DNA of 64,000 nucleotides from Mustelus asterias (taxonomy: Eukaryota). The stretch lies in NCBI RefSeq assembly GCF_964213995.1, contig NW_027590177.1:434001-498000 (forward strand), read 5' to 3'. Every line of letters begins with the position of its first letter. Position 1 is the stretch's first letter. Under the pieces are notes generated by a model that was given only the letters and a program-made list of their open reading frames with translations, did not search any database and was not told the DNA's origin. Below, piece after piece: positions 1-9,372 of the stretch. The translations under genes were made by a program, and so were the position numbers.

Positions 1-859
1 ATTTAAAGGGCCTCTCACTGGTGTGAGTGACTTTGTGACTCAGCAGGTTGGGTAAATTAGTGAATCCCTTCCCACACACAGAGCAGGTGAATGGCCTCTC
101 TCCGGTGTGAACTCGCTGGTGTGTCAGCAGGGTGGATAACTGCGTGAATCCCTTTCCACAGTCAGAGCAAGTGAATGGTCTCTCCCCGGAGTGAACTCGC
201 TGGTGGTTCCGCAGGTTTGATGATGATCTAAATCTCATTGTGCAGAGAGAGCAGCTGAACGGTCTGTCCTCAGTGTGAATGCGCTGGTGGGACATCAGAT
301 CCCGAGAACTTTTGAAGCAACTCTCACAGTCAGAGCATTTAAAGGGTCTCTCATCGGTGTGAGTGACTTTGTGCGTCAGCAGGGCGGATGACCGAAAGAA
401 TCCCTTCCCACACACGTTGCAGGTGAACGGTCTCTCCCCAGTGTGAATTCGTTGGTGTGCCCGCAGTTCGGAGGACCGAGAGAATCCCTTCCCACACATG
501 GAGCAGCTGAACGGTCTCTCCCCGGTGTGAACTCGCTGGTGTCTCCGCAGTGTGGATGACCATTTAAATTTCATTGTGCAGTGAGAGCAGCTGAACGGTC
601 TCTCCTCACTGTGAATGCGCTGGTGGGACACCAGATCTCCAGAGCTTTTGAATCCGCTCCCACAGTCAGAGCATTTAAAGGGTCTCTCATTGGTGTGAGT
701 GAGATTGTGACTCAGCAGGTGGGAGAACTTACTGTATCCCTTCCCACAGACTGAGCAAGTGAAGGGTCTCTCCCGAGTGTGACTGCGTTGATGGATTTTC
801 AAATCACAGGGCAACATGAATCCTTGTCCACAATCGTCACATTTCCACAGTTTCTCCAT
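1..859 (-). CDS. C2H2 zinc-finger protein gene A (partial, runs off window start; 10 fingers visible)
   Basis: Manual translation from ATG at 859 (MEKLWKCDDCGQGF...) is open to position 1 with canonical CxxC-x12-HxxxH fingers and TGERPF-type linkers; inverted paralog of gene C. Absent from the ORF track because no stop lies in the window. Confidence 0.9.
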   Translation of the reverse strand, partial: MEKLWKCDDCGQGFMLPCDLKIHQRSHTRERPFTCSVCGKGYSKFSHLLSHNLTHTNERPFKCSDCGSGFKSSGDLVSHQRIHSEERPFSCSHCTMKFKWSSTLRRHQRVHTGERPFSCSMCGKGFSRSSELRAHQRIHTGERPFTCNVCGKGFFRSSALLTHKVTHTDERPFKCSDCESCFKSSRDLMSHQRIHTEDRPFSCSLCTMRFRSSSNLRNHQRVHSGERPFTCSDCGKGFTQLSTLLTHQRVHTGERPFTCSVCGKGFTNLPNLLSHKVTHTSERPFK

Positions 860-1924
860 GATGCGGGTGTCCTTGTGACTCTCCAGGTTTGATGATCAGT
901 TGAATCCTTGTCCACACAGAACACGTGTACGGTCTCTCTTCACTGTAAACGGTGCAATGTTGTTTCAGCCTGTGTAACCGGTTAAAGCTCTTTCCACTAT
1001 CAGTGGACTGGAACACTCTCACCCAGGTGTGTTCCAGTCACACTGATGTTTAAAATCTCCTGAAGCAAACAGATCAGACAAACATTGCTTTTCTAGATAC
1101 AAAGGTCGATGATATTCAGGTCCCAATAAATCTAATGACTCTGTCAAATCTTGATGTGATGTTTAGTTTGAAATTTCTGTCTGTAAGTTCTCACCTCCTG
1201 ATATCTATGAAAGGAATTTACAACAGGCATCACTGTCAGTACAGGATAGAAATTCAGAACAGACAATTCTAGTTTCTATGGAACATTCTTTCCTCTCTCA
1301 TTCCCCAAAATCTGTCAATCTCCATCCCACACACTCTCCCTCAATTCTCCCTCTGCTCTCCTGAGTATACAACCTCCCAAGTCTATTGAAGGTGCTGATT
1401 CAGGCTGATTAACAGATCCATGCTGACCACTTTCTGCATTGGACACAGAGATCTGAAAATCTACGTGTAACGACCGGCCTACACACCAGAAACTAAAATC
1501 TGTGCCATATGTGGGACCGGATAACTGGATTGGGAGAAGGAGAAGGATGTGGGGAAGAATTTTATTTTGGTGCAGAAAGGTCATTACCTGGAACCCGCTG
1601 CCTCAGAGGGTTGTGGAAGTGCAAATGATCCATGATTAATCTTCAAGCTGACAGCCACGTTAAAGTTTTACATTTGGCCATAAATGAGCAGCCTGATGCT
1701 GTGTGTAATGCACTGTATTACCTGGTTACAGATACATGAAGAATGTGAGGAGGATTTTTATTTAGGCAGCGAGTGGTGACCTGGAAGTTAAAAATTCAAC
1801 AAGTCCCCAATTTCCCCCAGAATGCAAAAGAAACACAAAAGCGGAGCAAAGAAAGTGTTTTACTCACAGATGTTGGCCTCTTTTAGGTCAAGAGGAGCTC
1901 ACGAACTATTTTTCAAATTGACAT

Positions 1925-1997
1925 TGAGCCAGCCAGGAGTCGCACCTGGAATCTTCTGATCCGTAGTCAGACGCGTTATCCATTGCGCCACTGGCCC
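1925..1997 (-). tRNA. TRNAR-ACG: tRNA-Arg(ACG), probably impaired (T-loop GTGCGA instead of GTTCGA; discriminator A)
   Basis: Reverse complement GGGCCAGTGGCGCAATGGATAACGCGTCTGACTACGGATCAGAAGATTCCAGGTGCGACTCCTGGCTGGCTCA differs from the canonical vertebrate tRNA-Arg-ACG at 2 positions. Confidence 0.9.
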
Positions 1998-2134
1998 ACA
2001 CTCTCACAGATGTTGGAGAGACAGGAGGAAGTTTGAGTCTGTCTGAAGCTCAATCTTCATTCAGAGAGAGAGCAGCAGCAGCTTTGCCGGGCAGGAATGA
2101 GCAGCTGAACAAGCTCATTGTGCAACTTCCGCAT

Positions 2135-2375
2135 GTAAATCCCAAACATTTACCCTGCTAATTCCCCCCGACACAAGGGTCAATTTAGCATGGCCAATCC
2201 ACCTAACCCGCACACCTTTGGACTGTGGGAGGAAACCAGAGCACCCGGATGAAACCCACACAGACATGGGGAGAACATGCAAACTCCACACAGACAGTGA
2301 CCCAGGCTGGAATTGAACCTGGGTCCCTGGTGTTATGATGCAGCAGTGCTAACCACTGTGCTGCCGTGCTGCCCC
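2135..2375 (-). mobile_element. HE1-type (V-SINE) tRNA-derived SINE, 3'-truncated
   Basis: GGGGCAGCACGGCAGCACAGTGGTTAGCACTGCTG head with A/B boxes and TGTGTGGAGTTTGCA core, shared with many copies in the window. Confidence 0.85.
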
Positions 2376-2778
2376 ATTTTATAAATACCATGGAAGCAGA
2401 GGAGGTTTCCTAGATTGATTCCCAATCCAGTAGTGTGAAATGTTAACTCTGTTTCTCTCTCCACAGATGCTGCCAGACCTGCTGCGTTTTTCCAGTCCTT
2501 TCTGTATTTATTTCAGATCTACCTGTAGTGGGGGGAAAAACACTATTTACTATCCAGGATAAAATAAATGTCCTTCATCAGCTTTTGTGGATCATTTCAG
2601 TGGCAATGTGCTCTCCCAGGCTCAAAGAGCATCAGCCCACTGGAAGCAAAGTCGTGCGATCGGCCAGTCCAGCAGAAAGAATCTCTCCCACCCTTCCACT
2701 TCACCAACTATAAGAATAAACATGGTTCAGTCCTGGATGTGATTAATGGCAGGAATAACAGCAGAATCCAACCCGTCA

Positions 2779-3789
2779 TCACTTGTGAACTTGCTGGTGT
2801 GTCCGCAGGCTGGATGACTGAGTGAATCCCTTCCCACACACACAGCAAGTGAACGGTCTCTCCCCAGTGTGAACTCGCTGGTGTATCCGCAGGTGTGATG
2901 ACGTTCTAAATCTCTTTGAGCAGTGAGAGCAGCTGAATGGTCTATCCTCAGTATGAATGCGCTGGTGAATCATCAGTTCCCGAGAGCTTTTGAAACCACT
3001 CCCACAGTCAGAACATTTAAAGGGTCTCTCATTGGTGTGAGTGAGATTGTGGTTCTGCAGGCTGGATGACTGAGTGAATCCCTTCCCACACACAGAGCAG
3101 GTGAACGGTCTCTCCCCAGTGTGAACTCGCTGGTGTATCCGCAGGTGGGATGGCGTTCTAAATTTCTTTGCGCAGTGAGAGCAGCTGAACGGTCTCTCCC
3201 CAGTGTGAATGTGCTGGTGGATAATCAGTTCCCGAGAGCTTTTGAAACCACTCCCACAGTCAGAGCATTTAAAGGGCCTCTCATTGCTATGAGTGACTTT
3301 GTGTTTCGACAGGTTGGATAACTGCGTAAATCCTTTCCCACACACCAAGCAGCTGAACGGTCTCTCCCCAGTGTGAATGCGCTGGTGAATCATCAGTTCC
3401 CGAGAGCTTTTGAAATCACTCCCACAGTCAGAGCATTTAAAGGGTCTCTCATTGCTGTGAGTGACTTTGTGTTTCGACAGGTTAGATAACTGCATAAATC
3501 CTTTCCCACACACCAAGCAGGTGAATGGTCTCTCTCCAGTGTGAACACGCTGGTGTTTCTGCAGATCGGGTAAATGAGCAAATCCGTTCCCACACTCAAA
3601 GCAGATGAACGCTCTTTCTCCAATATGAACCAGCTGATGTCGCTGCAGATGATATAACCGAGTGAATCTCTGCCCACACACAGAGCAGGTGAATGGCCTC
3701 TCCCCGGTGTGACTGCGTCGATGAATTTCCAATTTACAGGGAGCTCTGTATCTTTTTCCACAGTCCCCACATTTCCACCGTTTCTCCAT
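2779..3789 (-). CDS. C2H2 zinc-finger protein gene B (336 aa, 12 fingers, no effector domain)
   Basis: ORF track; 12 x 28-aa fingers; upstream acceptor TTTACAG|GATAT at 4148/4147. Confidence 0.92.
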   Translation of the reverse strand: MEKRWKCGDCGKRYRAPCKLEIHRRSHTGERPFTCSVCGQRFTRLYHLQRHQLVHIGERAFICFECGNGFAHLPDLQKHQRVHTGERPFTCLVCGKGFMQLSNLSKHKVTHSNERPFKCSDCGSDFKSSRELMIHQRIHTGERPFSCLVCGKGFTQLSNLSKHKVTHSNERPFKCSDCGSGFKSSRELIIHQHIHTGERPFSCSHCAKKFRTPSHLRIHQRVHTGERPFTCSVCGKGFTQSSSLQNHNLTHTNERPFKCSDCGSGFKSSRELMIHQRIHTEDRPFSCSHCSKRFRTSSHLRIHQRVHTGERPFTCCVCGKGFTQSSSLRTHQQVHK

Positions 3790-4604
3790 GGTGCGGGTGT
3801 CCTTGTGACTCTCCAGGTTAAACAGTCAGTTAAATCTCACAAAGAACACGGGTACAGTCTCTCCCCGCTGTGAATGCTGCGATGTATTTTCAGGCTGTGT
3901 AACTGGTTAAAGCTCTTTCCACACTCAGTGCACTGGAACACTCTCACTCGGGTGTATCTGTGCCTTGGTGCTTTTCCAGTCACATTGATATTAAAGACCT
4001 GTTTTCGCAGACAGAACAGAGAAACATTTCTCCTTCCAGATTCAAAGACTGATAATATTCAGGTCCGATGAATTGAGTGATGGTGTCAGATGCTGATGTG
4101 ATGTTTGTTTCAAGATTTTGGTCTGTCAATCCTCACCTTCTCATATCCTGTAAACGAGTTTGAAAAATTCATCAATGTCAGCACAGGATAGAAATTCAGA
4201 ACAGACAATTCTAGTTTCTATGGAACATTCTTCCTCTCTCATTCCCCAAAAGCTGTAAATCTCCATCCCACACACTCTCCCTCCATTCTCACTCTGCTGT
4301 ATCTAATATTCACCCTCCCAATTCTCCTGAAGGTGCTGATTGAGGCTGATTGACAGATCCATGCTCACTGCTTCCTGCCCTGGACACAGAGAGCTGGAAA
4401 TCTCCATGCAGGCGGCCAGACAGATATATGTCTATCTGACTGGACTAACAATGTGTGGAATGTACAGACTGGATTCACTTCCTTTCCCTTCAGTTGCTGC
4501 AAGTCCCCAATTTCCCCCAGAATGAGAAAAGAAATGGAAAGGGGGAGAAAAGAAAGTGTTTTACTCACAGATGTGGGCCTCTTTGAAGGTAAAACAAGCG
4601 GCTT

Positions 4605-4674
4605 TGCATTGCCCGGGATCGAACCCAGGCCTCCTGCATGGCGGGCGAGAATTCTACCACTGAACCACCAATGC
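4605..4674 (-). tRNA. TRNAG-GCC: tRNA-Gly(GCC)-derived gene, degenerate (likely pseudogene)
   Basis: Reverse complement GCATTGGTGGTTCAGTGGTAGAATTCTCGCCCGCCATGCAGGAGGCCTGGGTTCGATCCCGGGCAATGCA; A and B boxes recognisable; U33>C, CpG-type transitions in the anticodon arm and a 1-nt deletion in the T arm; TTTT about 10 nt downstream. Confidence 0.85.
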
Positions 4675-4824
4675 ACAGGGCAGAGAAAACTGCTCAGTTC
4701 TTTCAACCAGTGCTTTCACATGCAAAGAAATGTTGATGATTTGCAGCAGCAAATTCAATGCTGCTAACACACACACACAACAACACTGTTGGAGAGAGGA
4801 GGAAGATTGAATCTGTCCACTCCC

Positions 4825-5000
4825 CTTCCGGGGCCTTCCGGGGCTGCGCATGTCCAAGGGAGGGGGGAAGCTGCGCATGTGCGGGGGAGTGCCCACCCAC
4901 TGACCTTCATTCTGAGGTGTTGACCAATGGGAACTCTGGAGGACCGGAAAGACTCTGGTCCTCCAGCCAATCAGAGCTCCCCATTGTCTGAATGCGGAAG
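4825..5000. promoter_or_regulatory. Putative bidirectional Pol II promoter between divergent tRNA-ZNF cassettes B and C
   Basis: Two TGCGCATG (NRF1-like) sites, ETS-like CTTCCGG/CGGAAGT, CCAAT at 4924 and 4967, palindrome CTGGAGGACC-N11-GGTCCTCCAG (4936-4966). Confidence 0.65.
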
Positions 5001-6917
5001 TGGACAATGAGCTTGTTCAGCTGCTCATTCCTGTCCAGCAAAGCTGCTGCTGCTCTGTCTCTCAATGAAGATTGAGCTTCAGACAGACTCAAACTTCCTC
5101 CTGTCTCTCCAATATCTGTGAGAGTGTGGGTCAGTGGCGCAATGGATAACGCGTCTGACTATGGATCAGAAGATTCCAGGTTTGACTCCTGGCTGGCTCG
5201 ATGTCAATTTGAAAAATAGTTTGTGAGCTCCTTTTGACCTAAAAGAGGCCAACATCTGTGAGTAAAACACTTTCTTTGCTCCGCTTTTGTGTTTCTTTTG
5301 CATTCTGGGGGAAATTGGGGACTTGTTGAATTTTTAACTTCCAGGTCACCACTCGCAGTCGAAACAGAAATCCTCCTCACATTCTTCATGTATCTGTAAC
5401 CAGGTAATACAGTGCATTACACGACCATCAGTCAGCTCATTTATGGCCAAATGTAAAACTTTAACGTGGCTGTTAGCTTGAAGATTAATCATGGATCATT
5501 TGCACTTCCACAACCCTCTGAGGCAGCGGGTTCCAGGTAATGACCTTTCTGCACCAAAATAAAATTCTTCCCCACATCCTTCTCCTTCTCCCAATCCAGT
5601 TATCCAGTCCCACATATGGCACAGATTTTAATTTCTAGCGTGTAGGCCGGTCGTTACACGTAGATTTTCAGATCTCTGTGTCCAATATAGAAAGTGGTCA
5701 GCATGGATCCGTTAATCAGTCTGAATCAGCATCTTCAATAGACTTGGGGGGTTGTATACTCAGGAGAGCAGAGGGAGAATTGAGGGAGAGTGTGTGGGAT
5801 GGAGATTGACAGATTTTGAGGAAAGAATGTTCCATAGAAACTAGAATTGTCTGTTCTGAATTTCTATCCTGTACTGACAATGATGTCTATTGTAAATTCC
5901 TTTCATAGATATCAGGAGGTGAGGATTTACAGACAGAAATTTCAAACTAAACATCACATGAAGATTTGACAGAGTCATTCGATTTATTGGGACCTGAATA
6001 TCATCGACCTTTGATCTGTTTGCTTCAGGAGATTTTAAACATCAGTGTGACTGGAACACACCCGAGTGAGAGTGTTCCAGTCCACTGATAGTGGAAAGAG
6101 CTTTAACCAGTTACACAGGCTGAAAATACATTGCACCGTTTACAGTGAAGAGAGATCGTACACGTGTTCTGTGTGGACAAGGATTCAACTGATCATCAAA
6201 CCTGGAGAGTCACAAGGACACCCGCATCATGGAGAAACTGTGGAAATGTGACGATTGTGGACAAGGATTCATGTTGCCCTGTGATTTGGAAATTCATCAA
6301 CGCAGTCACACTCGGGAGAGACCCTTCACTTGCTCAGTCTGTGGGAAGGGATACATTAAGTTCTCCCACCTGCAGAGTCACAATCTCACTCACACCAATG
6401 AGAGACCCTTTAAATGCTCTGACTGTGGGAGTGGATTCAAAAGCTCTGGAGAACTGGTGTCCCACCAGCGCATTCACACTGAGGAGAGACCGTTCAGCTG
6501 CTCTCACTGCACAATGAAATTTAAATGGTCATCCACACTGCGGAGACACCAGCGAGTTCACACCGGGGAGAGACCATTCACCTGCAACGTGTGTGGGAAG
6601 GGATTCTTTCGGTCATCCGCCCTGCTGACGCACAAAGTCACTCACACCGATGAGAGACCCTTTAAATGCTCTGACTGTGAGAGTTGCTTCAAAAGTTCTC
6701 GGGATCTGATGTCCCACCAGCGCATTCACACTGAGGACAGACCATTCAGCTGCTCTCTCTGCACAATGAGATTTAGATCATCATCAAACCTGCAGAACCA
6801 CCAGCGAGTTCACACCGGAGAGAGGCCATTCACCTGCTCTGTGTGTGGGAAGGGATTCACTAATTTACCCAACCTGCTGAGTCATAAAGTCACTCACACC
6901 AGTGAGAGGCCCTTTAA
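4992..6917. repeat. Right arm of a ~2 kb inverted segmental duplication (left arm 1-2134)
   Basis: Direct comparison: tRNA-Arg, donor, intron and ZNF exon are near-identical reverse complements. Confidence 0.92.
5128..5200 (+). tRNA. tRNA-Arg(ACG)-derived pseudogene with anticodon mutated to ATG
   Basis: GGGTCAGTGGCGCAATGGATAACGCGTCTGACTATGGATCAGAAGATTCCAGGTTTGACTCCTGGCTGGCTCG; three C>T changes versus Arg-ACG (position 4, anticodon, C56). Confidence 0.88.
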
Positions 6918-7587
6918 ATGCTCGGACTGTGGGAGTGAATTCAAAATTTCTGGGGAACTGGTGTCCCACCAGCGCATTCACACTGCGGACAGACCGTTCA
7001 GCTGCTCTCTCTGCACAAAGAGGTTTAAGAGGTCATCCACACTGCAGAGACACCAGCAAGTTCACACCAGGGAGAGACCGTTCATCTGCTCTGTGTGTGG
7101 GAAGGGATTCAGTCAGTCATTCACCCTGCTGACACACCAGCGTCTTCACACCGAGGAGAGACCGTTCACCTGCACCGAGTGTGGGAAGGGATTCACTCAG
7201 TCATCCACCCTGCTGACTCACCAGCAAGTTCACAGCGGGGAGAGACCGTTCACCTGCTCCGAGTGTGGGAACAGATTCACTCGGTTATCCAGCCTGCAGA
7301 GACACAAAGTCACTCACTCCCAGGAAAGACCCTTTAAATGCTCTGACTGTGGGAGTGGCTTCAAAATTGCTGAGCATCTGATAGACCACCAGCGCATTCA
7401 CACTGGGGAGAGACCGTTCAGCTGCTCTCACTGCACAAAGAGGTTTGGAAGGGCATGCACACTGAGGAGACACCAGCGAGTTCACACTGGGAGAGACCAT
7501 TCACCTGCTCTGTGTGTGCGGAAGGATTCACTCCATACCCCAGCTGCTGAGGCACAATGTCCCTCACACCCAGGAGAGACCCTTTAA
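6229..7587 (+). CDS. C2H2 zinc-finger protein gene C (452 aa; 15 intact fingers then a frameshifted tail)
   Basis: ORF track; 1-nt deletion at ACTGGGAGAGA (~7486-7496) shifts frame; decayed fingers continue to the ancestral stop CACAAGTGA at ~7721. Acceptor TTTCATAG|ATATC at ~5908. Confidence 0.88.
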   Translation: MEKLWKCDDCGQGFMLPCDLEIHQRSHTRERPFTCSVCGKGYIKFSHLQSHNLTHTNERPFKCSDCGSGFKSSGELVSHQRIHTEERPFSCSHCTMKFKWSSTLRRHQRVHTGERPFTCNVCGKGFFRSSALLTHKVTHTDERPFKCSDCESCFKSSRDLMSHQRIHTEDRPFSCSLCTMRFRSSSNLQNHQRVHTGERPFTCSVCGKGFTNLPNLLSHKVTHTSERPFKCSDCGSEFKISGELVSHQRIHTADRPFSCSLCTKRFKRSSTLQRHQQVHTRERPFICSVCGKGFSQSFTLLTHQRLHTEERPFTCTECGKGFTQSSTLLTHQQVHSGERPFTCSECGNRFTRLSSLQRHKVTHSQERPFKCSDCGSGFKIAEHLIDHQRIHTGERPFSCSHCTKRFGRACTLRRHQRVHTGRDHSPALCVRKDSLHTPAAEAQCPSHPGETL

Positions 7588-7999
7588 ATGCTCTGACTGT
7601 GGGAATGGTTTCAAAAGCTCTCAGGAACTGATGATCCACCAGTCCATTCACAGCTGCTGTGTGTGGGAAGAAATTCACCAGTTCATCCCTCCTGCTGAGA
7701 CACCAGCGAGTTCACAAGTGATGACAGGGGTTGGATTCTGCTGTTCTTGCTGCTGTTAATCACATCCAGGACTGAACCATGTTCGTTCTGACAGTGGGTG
7801 AAATGGGAGGGTCGGAGGGTTTCTTTCTGCTGGACTGGCCGCTCTCACAATTCTGCTTCCAGTGGGTTGATGCTCTTTGAGCCTGGGAAAGCACATTTCC
7901 ACTGAAATGACCCACACAAACCGACGAAGAACATTTATTTTATGCTGGAGAGTAAATAATGTTTTTCCTACCACTACAGGTAGATCTACAGTAAGTACA

Positions 8000-8690
8000 T
8001 TTGTCTCTGTTCCATTGAGTCTACAGCACAGGGCCAGGCCAGTCGGCCCAATTGGTCTGTGTCAGTATTTATGCTCCACCTGAGCCTCCCCCCACCCCTC
8101 TTCATCTCCCCCCATCAGCATATCCTTCTATTCCTCTCTCCCTCATGTATGTATCCAGCTTCCCCTTCAATGTATTCATGCTGTTCACCTCAACCACTCG
8201 CTGTGATAGTGAGTTCCACATTCTCACCACTCGCTGGGTAAAGAGGTTTCTCACTGAAATCCTGGTGGATTATTGAACCCCTTCATAATCTTAAATTCTT
8301 CCACCAGGTCACCCTTCAGTCTTCTCTTTTCTAGAGAAAAGCAGCCCCAGCCTTTCCTGAGGGTTAAATGCTCTCAGTTCTGGGATTATTCTTGTGAATC
8401 TTTGTTGCTCCTTCTCCAGTGCCTCTATTTCCTTTTTCTAAATGGAGATCACAAATGTTGACAGTGCTCCCAGTGCAGTCTAACCCTGGCTCTGAACAAG
8501 TTGAACTGAACCTCCCTGCTGTTCAATTCTATCCCTCTGGAATGGAACCCTATACATGGGCCCCACACTTTAGGAAAGATGTGAAGTTCTTAGAGAGGGT
8601 GCAGAGGAGATTTACAAGAATGGCTCTGGGGATGAGGGACTTCAGTGAGTTGGAAAGACTGGAGCAGCTGAAATTTCTTTCTTTAGATCA
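8000..8690. mobile_element. Old CR1 LINE 3' fragments in both orientations
   Basis: WAPHFRKDV..LERVQRRFTRM motif on + (8550-8680); decayed antisense CR1 3' sequence 8000-8540. Confidence 0.6.
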
Positions 8691-9372
8691 GACAGGCATT
8701 AGGATTGGGAATGGGGCCATTCATCCCATTGAGTCCATGCCAGCTCTCTTTGGACTAAACTGTTCCCCTGATCTCTCTCCGTGTCCCTGTAGATTTATTT
8801 CCCTGAAGTTCCCATCCAATCTCCTTTTGGAAACATTCCGTTATCTCTGCTTCAGCCGCTCGTAGGAAGTGAGTTCCAGATATTTACCACTTTCTTCAAA
8901 TGCAAATGAGGAGCAGAGAGCACAAAAGGAGGCCGTGTGACCCATTGTGCCCCTGCTGCCTCTTCAAACATTCTCAGCAACAAGGTAAAGGAAGCCATGT
9001 TAAATTCGAACATGTGACTGGAGCCTTATTTTAAACATTAATGTTGGATTCACCTACATGCTTGTGGAAGCTGCATTGCTGGCAGGAATTGTCTGAACTA
9101 AGAATTTCTTCTATGAATTTGATCAGTTGGAGGACATTATATTCTGTCAAATCTGGCTCAAGAATAAGGGTGATTGCTCAGTTCAAGTAAGAAGGAAAGC
9201 TATTGTCTTTTCGAACCAGTATATCTTGTATGAACCTTATTCAGTTGTGGGACATGGGCGTCGCTGGCTGGCCAACATTTATTGCCCATCCCTAGATGCC
9301 CTTGTTCAGAGGGCAGTTGAGAGTCAACCACATTCTATGAACCAAATGTGTTCATTAAATATTACTGTATTT

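Noticed and set aside
6048-6192. Selenocysteine or readthrough recoding of the conserved TGAs
   Set aside because: Leaders carry copy-specific frameshifts and lost Cys/His ligands; no convincing SECIS (AUGA..AA..GA kink-turn) seen in the 3' UTRs by eye.
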